IMG/VR virus record: IMGVR_UViG_3300043639_000041 | Span: 1 to 50,114 of that record | Strand: one strand, 5' to 3' | Length of the DNA: 50,114 nt | Source: a virus | Lineage: Duplodnaviria > Caudoviricetes | Part shown: one piece after another, positions 8,800-18,396 of the stretch | Position numbering within the stretch: position 1 is the first letter of the stretch | Layout of the letters: each line of letters begins with the position of its first letter | Made by a program: the position numbers and the translations under genes | Notes under the pieces: model-generated | What the model was told of the DNA's origin: nothing | The model's input: the letters and a program-made list of their open reading frames with translations, nothing else | Database searches by the model: none

Positions 8800-9099
8800 G
8801 AGTGAGACTCCCATGATGGGGTTCAGAGCCCGGCGCGACTCGGCTCCGGGAGGGGGTGGTAGAGCACGCATCCCCTCCAAGACAACAACTTGTTGTGTAT
8901 GTCAACCAAAACCAACACAGCCATGGCACGGATCGCGTTATCAATGTATGAGGGTCCCCGTGATGAGTTGTCATACATCTTGTCGTGTAACACCACAAGA
9001 TGTAAGGCTGTCCCCCTGTCGCCCGCCGGACAAATGTGCGGTCCCCGACAGACACGGATGGCTTGTCCCAAAAACGTCGAACGGGAAAGAGAACGAGAA
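8800..9099. promoter_or_regulatory. Immunity region: divergent promoters and palindromic operators
   Basis: ACAACA-ACT-TGTTGT (8882-8896) in spacer of minus-strand TTGACA (8900-8905); 14-bp-arm inverted repeat 8974-9004. Confidence 0.75.
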
Positions 9100-9366
9100 A
9101 TGCTGGTGCTCGATGTGCCTTACATATTTCGTGTCGCGGGCGGGCCGGTCGGCCTCCTGGGCCTGTTGAAAGATGTGTATCCGGACACGAAACTCAATTA
9201 CGCGACCGTCCAGATGTGGGGCCAGCGCGCGGCGATCCCCGGCGCGTGGGTGGCGCCTGTCCTCTGCGCGTTGAGTGGACAAGGGTTCGCGCTTGGTCAA
9301 CTCGTGGTGGATGACAGCGACCCGTTCGGCCCTCCACCGAGACGCCATGCCCTGGCCACCGCCTGA
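9100..9366 (+). CDS. Cro-like small DNA-binding protein
   Basis: GGPVGLL...ATVQMWGQRAAIPGAW pattern; position opposite repressor. Confidence 0.6.
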   Translation: MLVLDVPYIFRVAGGPVGLLGLLKDVYPDTKLNYATVQMWGQRAAIPGAWVAPVLCALSGQGFALGQLVVDDSDPFGPPPRRHALATA

Positions 9367-9842
9367 TGCGTGTCCTGGGGGCGGACCCCGGGCTGGATGG
9401 CGCCCTGGGGTTGGTGGAGACATCCCTGGACGTTGTCCTCGCCCGGGACATGCCCGTCGCGAAGTCCGGGACCGGACAGCGCCGTGAAATAGTGCCCACG
9501 TTGCTCGCGGAGTTGATCAAGAGCTGGCGCCCGGACGCGGCGTTCGTGGAGAAAGTCCACGCCATGCCCAAACAGGGCGTTTCGTCGGTGTTCACGTTCG
9601 GGTTGGGCTACGGGACACTGTTGGGCGTGCTGTCCGCGCTGGAGGTCCCGTTGATCCTGGTCACCCCCAACACCTGGAAACGCGCCATGGGCCTGGGCGC
9701 CGACAAATCAGGCTCGCGGGCCATGGCGATGCGGCTGTTCCCGCGTGACGCCGGGCTGTTCCAGCAAGTGAAGGACGATGGCCGGGCGGAAGCCGTGCTG
9801 ATCGCGTGGTGGGGGCTGCGTCAGTGTCCGCCCGAAAATTAA
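9366..9842 (+). CDS. RuvC-like Holliday junction resolvase
   Basis: VLGADPGLDGA, FVEKV, TPNTWK, DDGRAEAVLIA. Confidence 0.9.
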   Translation: MRVLGADPGLDGALGLVETSLDVVLARDMPVAKSGTGQRREIVPTLLAELIKSWRPDAAFVEKVHAMPKQGVSSVFTFGLGYGTLLGVLSALEVPLILVTPNTWKRAMGLGADKSGSRAMAMRLFPRDAGLFQQVKDDGRAEAVLIAWWGLRQCPPEN

Positions 9843-9888
9843 CACAACAAGGCTTGACACGGGACAGGACAGGCGTAGTGTCCCGCCC
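9842..9888 (+). promoter_or_regulatory. Putative promoter for replication operon
   Basis: TTGACA 9854-9859, TAGTGT 9876-9881; CGGGACA/TGTCCCG inverted repeat overlaps it. Confidence 0.55.
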
Positions 9889-9938
9889 AACACGCCGCAC
9901 CGCTCGCCCCTCTTCCCCCTTCTGGTTGGGATCGTCAC

Positions 9939-11393
9939 ATGGACGCCACGCCCACTAATCCGGGACTTTTTAGTGAGGCCCGGGATTACCAGACCGAGGG
10001 AGCACGGTTCGCGCTGTCTGTCCTGTCCGGGGACAACACGGACAACCCAAACCACTACAAAGCCGTGATGCTGGCCGACGATCCGGGCCTGGGTAAGAGC
10101 CTGGAGGCCCTGATGGTCGCGGACGGGCTCGATGCCCAGCGCATCCTGATCGTGAGCCCGGCGGTGGCGCGTGTCGCGTGGCCCATCCTGATCAAGAAGC
10201 ACGCGCTCCCTTGGATCGACCGGCTATGGATGCCCGCCTTCGTGGAGACACCGGGACCGCGTTTGGATCAACCCAATATCCTCGTGATCCTGACCTACGA
10301 TTTCTTCAGTCAGCCGCGCATCGCCAAACTCTGGATGCCCCGGCTGCGCGCCCGGCGCTGGGATTTGCTTGTCCTGGACGAGGCGCACTACCTCAAGGGC
10401 GAGTCCAACCGCACGCTGAACATCTATGGGACCGACAAGGCGCCCGGCCTGGAGGCCGAGGCGGATCGCGTGCTCTTGCTGACGGGCACACCCTGCCCGA
10501 ACCACGCCGCCGAGTTGTTCCCGCACTATTCGACGTTCTGGAAGGAACTGCTCCAGCACAACAACAAGCCGTTGGGTCAGACGGACTTCGAAGAGCGCTA
10601 CACCAAATACACGGACGGCCCCTGGGGGCGGCAAATTCAGGGTTCCCAGGGACAGGACACGCTGCGCCGGGCGTTCGCGCCCGTGATCCTGCGCCGCCGC
10701 CGGGCCGATGTGCTGAAGGATTTACCGCCCCTGACCGTGCAGGACGTGCCGCTGTCCACGTTGGGTAAGCCCTTGTCGATCCCGCATGAAGTGCGTGGGA
10801 TGCACGATCTGCTGATGGCCGTGCCCGCCCAGGATTTGCTGAAGGTGCTCACCGAGAGCGTCGTGTCGCTGGCGGCGTTGCGCCGCCTCCTGGGCGCCGC
10901 CAAGGCATGGCCCGCCGCCGAGTGGGTGCGCGAACGCCTCACAATTGGGGTGGACAAAATCATCGTGTTCGCCTGGCACATCGTCGTGATCGAGCAACTG
11001 GAGGACTTGCTCCATGATTTCTCGCCCGTGGTGATCGCCGGGGACACGAAGGAGTCCGACCGGGCGGCGGCGGTCGAGCGGTTCCAGAACGACCCCACCT
11101 GCCGCGTGTTCATCGGTCAGACCCGCGCCGCCGGGACCGCCATCACGCTGACCGCCGCCAGTGAGGTCGCGGTGGTCGAGCCGTCCTGGACCCCCAGTGA
11201 CAACGAACAGGCCATCGCCCGGGCGTGGCGCATGGGACAGACAAACCCAGTACTCGCCAGCTTCCTTTATTTGCCGGGCTCGCTCGATCAAAGGATCATG
11301 CGAGCATTTCGCCGTAAAGCTGAACAACTCATTTGGCTTTTCAAAGCGCCGTTCAAAACGATGGATAGTCCAGCAGCAAATGTCCAAGAGTAA
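9939..11393 (+). CDS. SNF2-family helicase
   Basis: DDPGLGKS, DEAH, LTGTP, QAIARAWRMGQ. Confidence 0.92.
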   Translation: MDATPTNPGLFSEARDYQTEGARFALSVLSGDNTDNPNHYKAVMLADDPGLGKSLEALMVADGLDAQRILIVSPAVARVAWPILIKKHALPWIDRLWMPAFVETPGPRLDQPNILVILTYDFFSQPRIAKLWMPRLRARRWDLLVLDEAHYLKGESNRTLNIYGTDKAPGLEAEADRVLLLTGTPCPNHAAELFPHYSTFWKELLQHNNKPLGQTDFEERYTKYTDGPWGRQIQGSQGQDTLRRAFAPVILRRRRADVLKDLPPLTVQDVPLSTLGKPLSIPHEVRGMHDLLMAVPAQDLLKVLTESVVSLAALRRLLGAAKAWPAAEWVRERLTIGVDKIIVFAWHIVVIEQLEDLLHDFSPVVIAGDTKESDRAAAVERFQNDPTCRVFIGQTRAAGTAITLTAASEVAVVEPSWTPSDNEQAIARAWRMGQTNPVLASFLYLPGSLDQRIMRAFRRKAEQLIWLFKAPFKTMDSPAANVQE

Positions 11394-11408
11394 AAAGGAA
11401 CGCATGTC

Positions 11409-12098
11409 ATGCCGTCGCCTAAAATCAAGGTCATTTTCGAAGTAATGGCCGATAATCTCGCTGACGTCGCCGACACCATGGGAGAGTTCCTGAAAACCGC
11501 TCACACCCAGGGCGTCCATGTGGAAACGCGGGTGCCCGCCGACACCGCCCCCCGGCGCGATCCGCCCGCCGAGGATGATCCCTTGCTGGGGGGTGGCGCG
11601 CCGCCACCTGACGACAATGCTGGTACCCAGGCGGGCGCGGACATCCCCGCGCCGGAGGCCGGGAGGCGTGTCCGGGACAGGACAGCCGAACGCCGGGCGA
11701 AGAAAGAGCGCGAGGAAGCCGAGAACCGGGAACGCGAGGCCGCCCAGGCCGCCAAGGTCAAGGCGAACAAACCGAACGGCGCCGCCGACGCGACGCCACC
11801 CGATGACGATCCGCTCATGGGAAGCGACACCGCGTCGCATACCGATCCGTTCGATACGCCGATCCCGCCCGCCGACGCCCCGCCGGGCCGTACGCCGCAG
11901 CAGCTCATGGACGCGTCGATCATCATCCTGCGCCAATGTTATGGCGTCCCGGGCGGCATGGACGCGGTCAAGATCGTGCAAAAGGAGTTCAAGGTCGCCC
12001 AGTTCACCCAGGTGGAACTGGCCAAGGCCAGCGTGCTCTACAATCGGGCGCTGGGCGTGGCGAACGACCTGGGCGTCAAACTGCCGCCCGGAGTTTGA
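11409..12098 (+). CDS. Hypothetical protein (Pro/Asp-rich linker, helical C-terminus)
   Basis: AAGGA SD; usual slot upstream of the phage exonuclease gene. Confidence 0.75.
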   Translation: MPSPKIKVIFEVMADNLADVADTMGEFLKTAHTQGVHVETRVPADTAPRRDPPAEDDPLLGGGAPPPDDNAGTQAGADIPAPEAGRRVRDRTAERRAKKEREEAENREREAAQAAKVKANKPNGAADATPPDDDPLMGSDTASHTDPFDTPIPPADAPPGRTPQQLMDASIIILRQCYGVPGGMDAVKIVQKEFKVAQFTQVELAKASVLYNRALGVANDLGVKLPPGV

Positions 12099-12101
12099 GC
12101 C

Positions 12102-13298
12102 ATGGACGGATGGGACATGGACCGGGATTTCCTGCCGCCGCACTCCGATCTGGGTGCGTCGGCGATGGAACGCTGGTCGCATTGCCCAGCGAGCTTTGGC
12201 CTGTCGCAGCGCGAACGCCACCGGATGCCGACGATCCACGCCGCCACCGGGACCATCGCCCACGAACTGGTCGAGGAAGTGCTGAAGGCGGCGCTCCAGG
12301 GCGATGATCCGCTGACCCACCTTCAGGCGGTCGAGGGTAAGACGTTCACGACCGATGGCCACGCCGTCACCGTGGATACGACGATGATGGACGGCGTGAT
12401 GATGATGATCGGTTACCTGTCCCAGCGCTCGCGTGAACTGGGCGTGAAACCGTTGGTCGAGCAAACCGTGTTCGTGGATGGTTACTTTCCGCCCGGCGAA
12501 CCGCCGCCGGTCCGCATGTTTGGCCGCGCCGACACGCAGTTTCGCACCCGTGAGTTGCTGGAGATCGTGGACTACAAGAACGGCGGCGGCGTTTGGGTGA
12601 AGGTCGCGGATAACCCCCAGCTTCTGTTCTACGCGGCGGGCGCCCTGGCGGCGCTGGCGGCGGCGGGCGAAACCGAACCGCCCCGCGTCAGGCTCACCGT
12701 CGTGCAGCCGAACATCCGTTCCACCGAGAAAATCCGCAGCTATGACCTGACGGGTTTGGACGTGGTGATGTGGGTGCATGAGAACATGATCCCGGCGGTG
12801 CGCGCGTGCGAGAGCCCCACCGCTCCCTACGCCAAGGGCGACTGGTGCCGCTTCTGTCCCGTGGCCCACGCCTGTCCCGAGTTGCTGAAGGACGCCCAGA
12901 TCGCCGCCCGCCTCCAGTTCGATGACAGCGCGGAGGCCGATGTGATCGCGGATCGGCTGAGCATCGCCGAGAACGCCGTCCTGTGGGCCGACGCCATGCG
13001 TGGTTTCGCGTTGGAGCGCATCAAGGACGGGCTGCGTGTCCCGGGCTGGGGCGCGGCCCCTACCCGCCCGCGCCGCCAGTGGACCGACGAACATTCGGTG
13101 GGCCGGATACTCGCCGCCAACGGCATCGAGCCGTGGGAAACCAAACTCAGTTCACCCGCCCAGATCGAGAAGCGCGCGGGCAAGAACTCATCCGCGTGGC
13201 GGCTGGTCGAGCCCTACGTGGAAAGCAAGTCGTCGGGTGTTCGCCTGTCCCGGACAGGCAATGACGATAGTGACTTGTTCGAAATGATCGAACCATGA
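12102..13298 (+). CDS. Cas4-like PD-(D/E)XK exonuclease (DUF2800-like)
   Basis: RWSHCP, GRAD, IVDYKNG, QLLFYA, CRFCP...C. Confidence 0.88.
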   Translation: MDGWDMDRDFLPPHSDLGASAMERWSHCPASFGLSQRERHRMPTIHAATGTIAHELVEEVLKAALQGDDPLTHLQAVEGKTFTTDGHAVTVDTTMMDGVMMMIGYLSQRSRELGVKPLVEQTVFVDGYFPPGEPPPVRMFGRADTQFRTRELLEIVDYKNGGGVWVKVADNPQLLFYAAGALAALAAAGETEPPRVRLTVVQPNIRSTEKIRSYDLTGLDVVMWVHENMIPAVRACESPTAPYAKGDWCRFCPVAHACPELLKDAQIAARLQFDDSAEADVIADRLSIAENAVLWADAMRGFALERIKDGLRVPGWGAAPTRPRRQWTDEHSVGRILAANGIEPWETKLSSPAQIEKRAGKNSSAWRLVEPYVESKSSGVRLSRTGNDDSDLFEMIEP

Positions 13299-13426
13299 TC
13301 CGCCGCCCCTTCACACTCAGACTACCGTCCTCCCTGGCGCGTCGCATTCGACGTTTGGCAAGGGCGGAAGGGATGTCCGTCAACGCGTGGATAAACCGCT
13401 GTCTGACCGGGCATGGAAGGGCTTGA
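13295..13426 (+). CDS. Arc-like ribbon-helix-helix protein, 43 aa
   Basis: FTLRLPSSLARRIRRLARAEGMSVNAWI; ATGA coupled; missed by ORF track. Confidence 0.75.
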   Translation: MIRRPFTLRLPSSLARRIRRLARAEGMSVNAWINRCLTGHGRA

Positions 13427-13428
13427 CC

Positions 13429-13650
13429 ATGGCTGATGGTAATTCATCAGGTTCCGAACAACTGGGCGACCGGCTGGCCTTTTTCGAAGAACTATACGCC
13501 GACGCCCAGACGACCACGCGGCTGTCCGCGTGGGACATGAAGTTCCTCGATAGCCTGAACGAGCGCGTGCTCGTCTACCGCGACCGGACATACGTTTCGG
13601 CCCGGCAACTTGAAGTTCTGAAGCGTATCGAAACGACCCTCTACGGCTAA
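13429..13650 (+). CDS. Hypothetical protein
   Basis: LSAWDMKFLDSL...SARQLEVLKRI; in operon. Confidence 0.7.
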   Translation: MADGNSSGSEQLGDRLAFFEELYADAQTTTRLSAWDMKFLDSLNERVLVYRDRTYVSARQLEVLKRIETTLYG

Positions 13651-13699
13651 ACGCCACCCTGGCTTAACCGTTATCACCCTGAAACAATGGAGCTATACC

Positions 13700-14299
13700 A
13701 TGGCTGTTCGCACGCCCATCGGGCTGCTGTCCTATCCGCATGTGTTCGCCGCTCGCCCGGCGGCACCCGGCGCTGAGCCCCGCTTTAGCTGCGCCCTGCT
13801 GTTCGACAAGACAGCCCAGGCCGATCCCGCCTTCATGGAGCTGCGCAAGGCGGTCGGCGCCGCCATTGATGATTTCTTCGGCGCTGGCAAGTCCCAGGAC
13901 CGGGAGTTCGTGCGCGGCATCCGCAGCCCGTTCCGCCGTACCAGCACCAAGAAAGCCAAGGGCTACGCGGAGATGGTGGACGGGATTTTCATTCAGCCGT
14001 GGTCGAAAGACCGGCCCGGCGTGGTGGATGCTCGTGTCCAGGACATCACCGTCCCCGGCGACGTGTGGCCGGGACAGATGGCCCGGGCGACCGTGCGTGC
14101 TTTTGGTTACGACGTGTCGGGCAACAAAGGCGTGAGCTTCAACCTCAACAACCTGCAAATTTGCAGGACCGATGGCCCCCGGCTGGATGATCGCAAGACC
14201 GCCAATCAGGACTTCGATCCCTACGGCGATCCCATGGGCGGGCCGGGCGGCGGCGATGACGACGATGAGCCCCCGTTCTGGTTGGACTGGGCGGCATGA
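13700..14299 (+). CDS. Single-stranded DNA-binding protein (DUF2815-like)
   Basis: LSYPHVF, RFSCALL, GNKGVSFNLNNLQI, acidic C-terminal tail; GGAG SD. Confidence 0.88.
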   Translation: MAVRTPIGLLSYPHVFAARPAAPGAEPRFSCALLFDKTAQADPAFMELRKAVGAAIDDFFGAGKSQDREFVRGIRSPFRRTSTKKAKGYAEMVDGIFIQPWSKDRPGVVDARVQDITVPGDVWPGQMARATVRAFGYDVSGNKGVSFNLNNLQICRTDGPRLDDRKTANQDFDPYGDPMGGPGGGDDDDEPPFWLDWAA

Positions 14300-14406
14300 T
14301 CATGCGCCGGGCACCGCACCGGGACACCGTGCTGACGGTGTTCAGCACGGCGGCGTTCGTCGTCGCCGCGACGGTGTTGCTCCTGGTCCTGGTTGGCTTG
14401 CCGTGA
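14296..14406 (+). CDS. Small membrane protein, 36 aa
   Basis: ATGA and GTGA coupling at both ends; one long hydrophobic segment. Confidence 0.6.
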   Translation: MIMRRAPHRDTVLTVFSTAAFVVAATVLLLVLVGLP

Positions 14407-14882
14407 AAACCCGGACCAAGCGGAGCCCCCAGGCCAAGGGCGGGCTGGCGCGAGCCCGTAACATGACCGCCGCCCAGCGGTCGGAGCAGGCCAGCGCCGC
14501 CGCCCGGGCGCGCTGGGACAAGGCACCGGGGCCGGTGGCCCAGGTGCTCGACGCGCCGATCTCGGAGGCGCCGCCGCCCCCAGCTCCGGCACCGGAGCCA
14601 GCCCCCGTCGTGCAGCAGCTCCTGGACGAAGATGGCGCGCCGCAACGTCCCCGGACACGGGATGAATTTCTCGCCGAGTTCCTGAACCTGACCCGGTGCA
14701 TCGACAACGTGCTGGTGGCGCATCACGGGCTGCGCCAGTCGCTGAAGGCGCCGCATCCACCGTTCCATGTCTCGATGACGGCGGCGCTGAAACATTACGG
14801 CCCCGGGCCGGTGTTTCATCTTTGGTGTGAATGTAAAGCGGTGGAGGAACTGAGACTGGCCTGGACCGGCAAGCCCACCTGA
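14403..14882 (+). CDS. KGG-motif basic protein
   Basis: AKGGLARARNMTAAQRSEQASAAARARW; GTG start coupled to previous stop. Confidence 0.65.
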   Translation: MKTRTKRSPQAKGGLARARNMTAAQRSEQASAAARARWDKAPGPVAQVLDAPISEAPPPPAPAPEPAPVVQQLLDEDGAPQRPRTRDEFLAEFLNLTRCIDNVLVAHHGLRQSLKAPHPPFHVSMTAALKHYGPGPVFHLWCECKAVEELRLAWTGKPT

Positions 14883-14894
14883 CCGGAGGACGCC

Positions 14895-15134
14895 ATGGGG
14901 GTTTTAACACAAGAAGAGCGCCGACAGTTGCGGACCTTGTCTCTCTATGAGGACCTGGTTCTGAAGTCTTTGAGCTTGTTTTTGAGTGAACAACTGGCGT
15001 GTAAGGGTTTCGCCATAGAGGAAGATTTACTGTTGGATTTGCTGACGCGTTTTGTTCCGGCATTGAATGACGCGGTCACGGATGATTGGCTTGACGACCA
15101 GTTTCCGGGACGGGTGAAGCGCCGGGCGGACTAA
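14895..15134 (+). CDS. Hypothetical protein
   Basis: GGAGG SD, TAATG coupling to polymerase. Confidence 0.7.
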   Translation: MGVLTQEERRQLRTLSLYEDLVLKSLSLFLSEQLACKGFAIEEDLLLDLLTRFVPALNDAVTDDWLDDQFPGRVKRRAD

Positions 15135-17095
15135 TGACACGCGTTGTCCTGGACGTTGAAACCGCTTCGCTTGTCGATCTGCGCCAGACCGGCGTGCATG
15201 TTTACGCCGCCGATCCGTCCACGCGGGTCACGGTCCTTTGTTACGCCATCGACGCCGGGCCGATCCGCACCTGGACCGGCGGGCCATGCCCGGCTGATCT
15301 GTTCGCCGCCATCGCTTACGGCGCCACCGTGGTGGCGCATAATTACCTTTTCGAACTGAATATCTGGGCGGCGAAGCTCATCCCCCTGGGTTTCCCGGCG
15401 ATCATGCTCAAACAATGGTCCTGCACGATGGCCCGCGCCCTGGCGGCGGGGCTCCCGGCGGGACTGGAAATGGTGGGACACGCGCTCGGGCTGGCGATCC
15501 AGAAGGATGCCACCGCCCGGGACCTGATGCTCCGCTTCGCCCGGCCCCGCAGCCTGAACCCGCTGACGTGGTGGCACGAAACCGACATCGCCCGGTTCGC
15601 CCGGCTGGCCGCTTACTGCGCCCGGGACGTCGCCACCGAACGTGAACTGGACAAAGCGCTCCCCGAGTTATCCCCACGCGAGCGGGAGATTTTCGAAACT
15701 GATTACGAGATCAACACGCGCGGGATGCGGGTGAACCTCGTGCTGGTGGATAAGATGCACGCGCTCGGCGAGCACGAGAAACGCCGCCTCAACGGGCGCC
15801 TCGTGTCGATCACCAATGGCCGGGTCACCAGCGCCGCCCAGGTGGCCCGGCTGGTGGTCTGGCTGAACGATAACCGGATCGCCGTGCCGGTCACCCCGTC
15901 GCCCTACCCAGGGATGCCTGGGAAGCTCACCCTGGACCGGGAGGCCGTCACGGGCATGTTGCGCCGCCCCGGGCTCCCGGACCACGTCAGGGCGGCGCTG
16001 CGCTGCCGCCTGGACGCGTCGCGCAGTTCCACCGCCAAGCTCACCACCATTCGCCGGTCGGTGGACCAGGACCACCGTTTGAGGGGGACCACGCAATACT
16101 ACGGCGCCGGGCGGACCGGGCGCTGGGCCGGTCGGCGCTTTCAGCCGCAGAACCTGCCCCGGGGGACGATCAGCGACATCGGCACCGCCGTCAGCCTAAT
16201 CGAGGCCGGGGCGCCAGCGGAGGACCTGGAACTACTCTTCGAAGATAGCGCCATGGGGGTGCTGGCGTCGGCCTTGCGCTCGGTGATCGAGGCCGGGCCG
16301 GGTAACCTGTTGGTGGCGTGCGACCTGTCGCAGATCGAGGCGCGGGTCCTGGTCTGGCTGGCCGGGCAGGAGGACATGGTTGGGCTCTTCGCCCGGGGCG
16401 AAGATGTCTACACCTACACCGCTGGGCGGCTGGGATCGCCCAACCGCCAGTTCGGCAAGGTGCTTGTCCTGGCCTGTGGCTTTGGCATGGGTGCCGGGCG
16501 CTTCCAGGCCACCGCCGCCGGTTACGGCGTGTCCCTGTCCCTGGGCGAGGCGGATGACGCGGTCCAGGCGTGGCGGTCGGTGAACACCAAGGTCGTGGAC
16601 CTGTGGTGGGACCTGCATCGCACGGCGATGCGGGTGCTGTCGGGTCCCGTGGGCTCGCGCGACACGGTGCGCGGGCTGATCATCATCAACGCCCGGGACG
16701 GGATGCGGATCAAGCTCCCCAGCGGGAGGGACCTGATCTACCGCGACGCCCGGATCGTGCGCCACCCGGAGCACCGCCACCCCGAGATTGTCTACATGGG
16801 CGTGGAACAAGGCCGGTGGGTGGACGTCCGGACATGGCCCGGCAAGCTGGTCGAGAACATCGTCCAGGCCATCGCCCGGGACGTGATGTGCGAGAGCCTG
16901 ATCCTGGCGCATCGCCGCCGGGTGCCCGTGGTGGCGACCGTGCATGACGAACTGGTGGCCGAGATCGAGGCCAGCCGCGCCCAGGCGCTGCACGACTGGA
17001 TGACCTGGGCGATGTGCCGCCCGCTGGTCTGGGCGCCCGGCCTTCCGGTGGCCGCCGAGGCCCGCGTTGGACCCCGCTACCGCAAGGCCGCCTGA
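15134..17095 (+). CDS. Family A DNA polymerase with 3'-5' exonuclease
   Basis: LDVET, AHN, DLSQIEAR (motif A), RQFGKVLVLACGFG (motif B), VHDE (motif C). Confidence 0.95.
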   Translation: MTRVVLDVETASLVDLRQTGVHVYAADPSTRVTVLCYAIDAGPIRTWTGGPCPADLFAAIAYGATVVAHNYLFELNIWAAKLIPLGFPAIMLKQWSCTMARALAAGLPAGLEMVGHALGLAIQKDATARDLMLRFARPRSLNPLTWWHETDIARFARLAAYCARDVATERELDKALPELSPREREIFETDYEINTRGMRVNLVLVDKMHALGEHEKRRLNGRLVSITNGRVTSAAQVARLVVWLNDNRIAVPVTPSPYPGMPGKLTLDREAVTGMLRRPGLPDHVRAALRCRLDASRSSTAKLTTIRRSVDQDHRLRGTTQYYGAGRTGRWAGRRFQPQNLPRGTISDIGTAVSLIEAGAPAEDLELLFEDSAMGVLASALRSVIEAGPGNLLVACDLSQIEARVLVWLAGQEDMVGLFARGEDVYTYTAGRLGSPNRQFGKVLVLACGFGMGAGRFQATAAGYGVSLSLGEADDAVQAWRSVNTKVVDLWWDLHRTAMRVLSGPVGSRDTVRGLIIINARDGMRIKLPSGRDLIYRDARIVRHPEHRHPEIVYMGVEQGRWVDVRTWPGKLVENIVQAIARDVMCESLILAHRRRVPVVATVHDELVAEIEASRAQALHDWMTWAMCRPLVWAPGLPVAAEARVGPRYRKAA

Positions 17096-17256
17096 TGTTT
17101 GACAGGCTCTGCGCGGTGTGCCTGACAATCTTCACGCCGGGCATCCGGCACGAACGCTTCTACTGCTCAACGCTCTGCCGGAAAGCCAGCTATCGCATCC
17201 GGCGCGGCAACACGCTGAAACGGCTCAACAGGAAATTCGGAAGGAAGTCCCCATGA
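17095..17256 (+). CDS. Small zinc-finger protein
   Basis: CAVC...YCSTLC; TGATG and ATGA coupling. Confidence 0.65.
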   Translation: MFDRLCAVCLTIFTPGIRHERFYCSTLCRKASYRIRRGNTLKRLNRKFGRKSP

Positions 17257-17537
17257 ACCAGGTACTGATCGACCCCGGCGGGAGTGAACCGTTCCAGGAG
17301 GTTTTCATGTGGATCGGCCACTACGCGGACGGGACCGAGGGGATGCTGAGCGCCGATTTCGTCATACCCGTGGCGACCGGCGAACGTGTCACGCGGCACA
17401 TGCCGTTGATGTCGGCCCAGCGTGTCGCCGCCGCTGAAATGGCGCCCATCGCGCGGAACATCCAGTCCGCGTCCCAGCACGCGCCCAGGCGGATCGTGCG
17501 CGTGGAGTTGCGGCGTTTCGTGGCTGAAACAAACTAA
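17253..17537 (+). CDS. Hypothetical protein
   Basis: Coupled start MNQVLIDP with AAGGA SD. Confidence 0.65.
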   Translation: MNQVLIDPGGSEPFQEVFMWIGHYADGTEGMLSADFVIPVATGERVTRHMPLMSAQRVAAAEMAPIARNIQSASQHAPRRIVRVELRRFVAETN

Positions 17538-17556
17538 CCCAGGAAAGGAAGCTCCC

Positions 17557-17955
17557 GTGTTCAACAATCGCCCCGTGAACGACAAGAACCTTCAGGACGG
17601 CATAGACGAGGTCAAGGCGATCATGGCCCGGCGCGGGCTGGCCGGGGCCTGTATGCTCATCGCGCCCGAAGAAACCGTTTGGACCTACGGGATGCACGCC
17701 CCCTGGTCGGCGATCCAGCCCGACGTCATGACGCCGCTCGGCTTCCGGATCAAGGCCAGTGAGGCCGTCGATGGTAAGGAAGGCGCCCACGCGCGGATCG
17801 AGGCGGCGGCCCACACGGTATGTCAGCTATCGGACTTTGGCGCCCAGACCATGGACTGGATGGAGCAACTGAAAATGATGATGCGCCGGGCGGGGATCGA
17901 CTTCGAACACACCCCCTTCGGCGGGCGTCCGGTGCCGCCTCTCACGTCCGGTTGA
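17557..17955 (+). CDS. Hypothetical protein
   Basis: GAAAGGA SD and GTG start. Confidence 0.7.
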   Translation: MFNNRPVNDKNLQDGIDEVKAIMARRGLAGACMLIAPEETVWTYGMHAPWSAIQPDVMTPLGFRIKASEAVDGKEGAHARIEAAAHTVCQLSDFGAQTMDWMEQLKMMMRRAGIDFEHTPFGGRPVPPLTSG

Positions 17956-18396
17956 GCGCTTGTGTTGTCCGGTGCCGAAAAGACTGCCGACTTTTACGCA
18001 CAAGCGGTCCAGCCCCGCCATGCTTGCACCCGGCGGCGGTTCGTTGCCAAACCCGGGTGTTTAGTGCCGAAAATCAGCGGTTATTTTCACCGGATAGGCC
18101 GACCAACACAGAGCGAAACAATGCAAGAAACAGTTGAAAAGGCCCTATTCCGCCCGCTTTTCGCTGCTTTATGTTGGTTTTCGTGTCCTTTTGGTCCGGT
18201 TCTGCCCAGACTTTTTTCTCGCTCGGAAATAGGTCATAACCCTCTGTAATCACGCCAATTTGTCTGTCCAGTCGTGTCCCGGGACTGCTGAAATTCGGCA
18301 CTGTTACGCAGTCGTTTCGCCGGGGCCTTGAAAGCACACATTATTTTCGTTGCCATCCCAGTTTTCGAGACCCAACAAGGCCGGACATGGTTGGCT

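Noticed and set aside
10722-13094. 790-aa minus-strand ORF and similar long antisense ORFs (e.g. 20371-21807, 21838-23262, 38287-39735)
   Set aside because: Shadow frames of high-GC genes with no motifs, unlike the motif-bearing ORF inside the intein
18358-18374. tRNA-Ser(CGA) gene or att core (GGTCTCGAAAAC on minus strand)
   Set aside because: Only about 12 nt resemble an anticodon arm; no cloverleaf or T-arm follows
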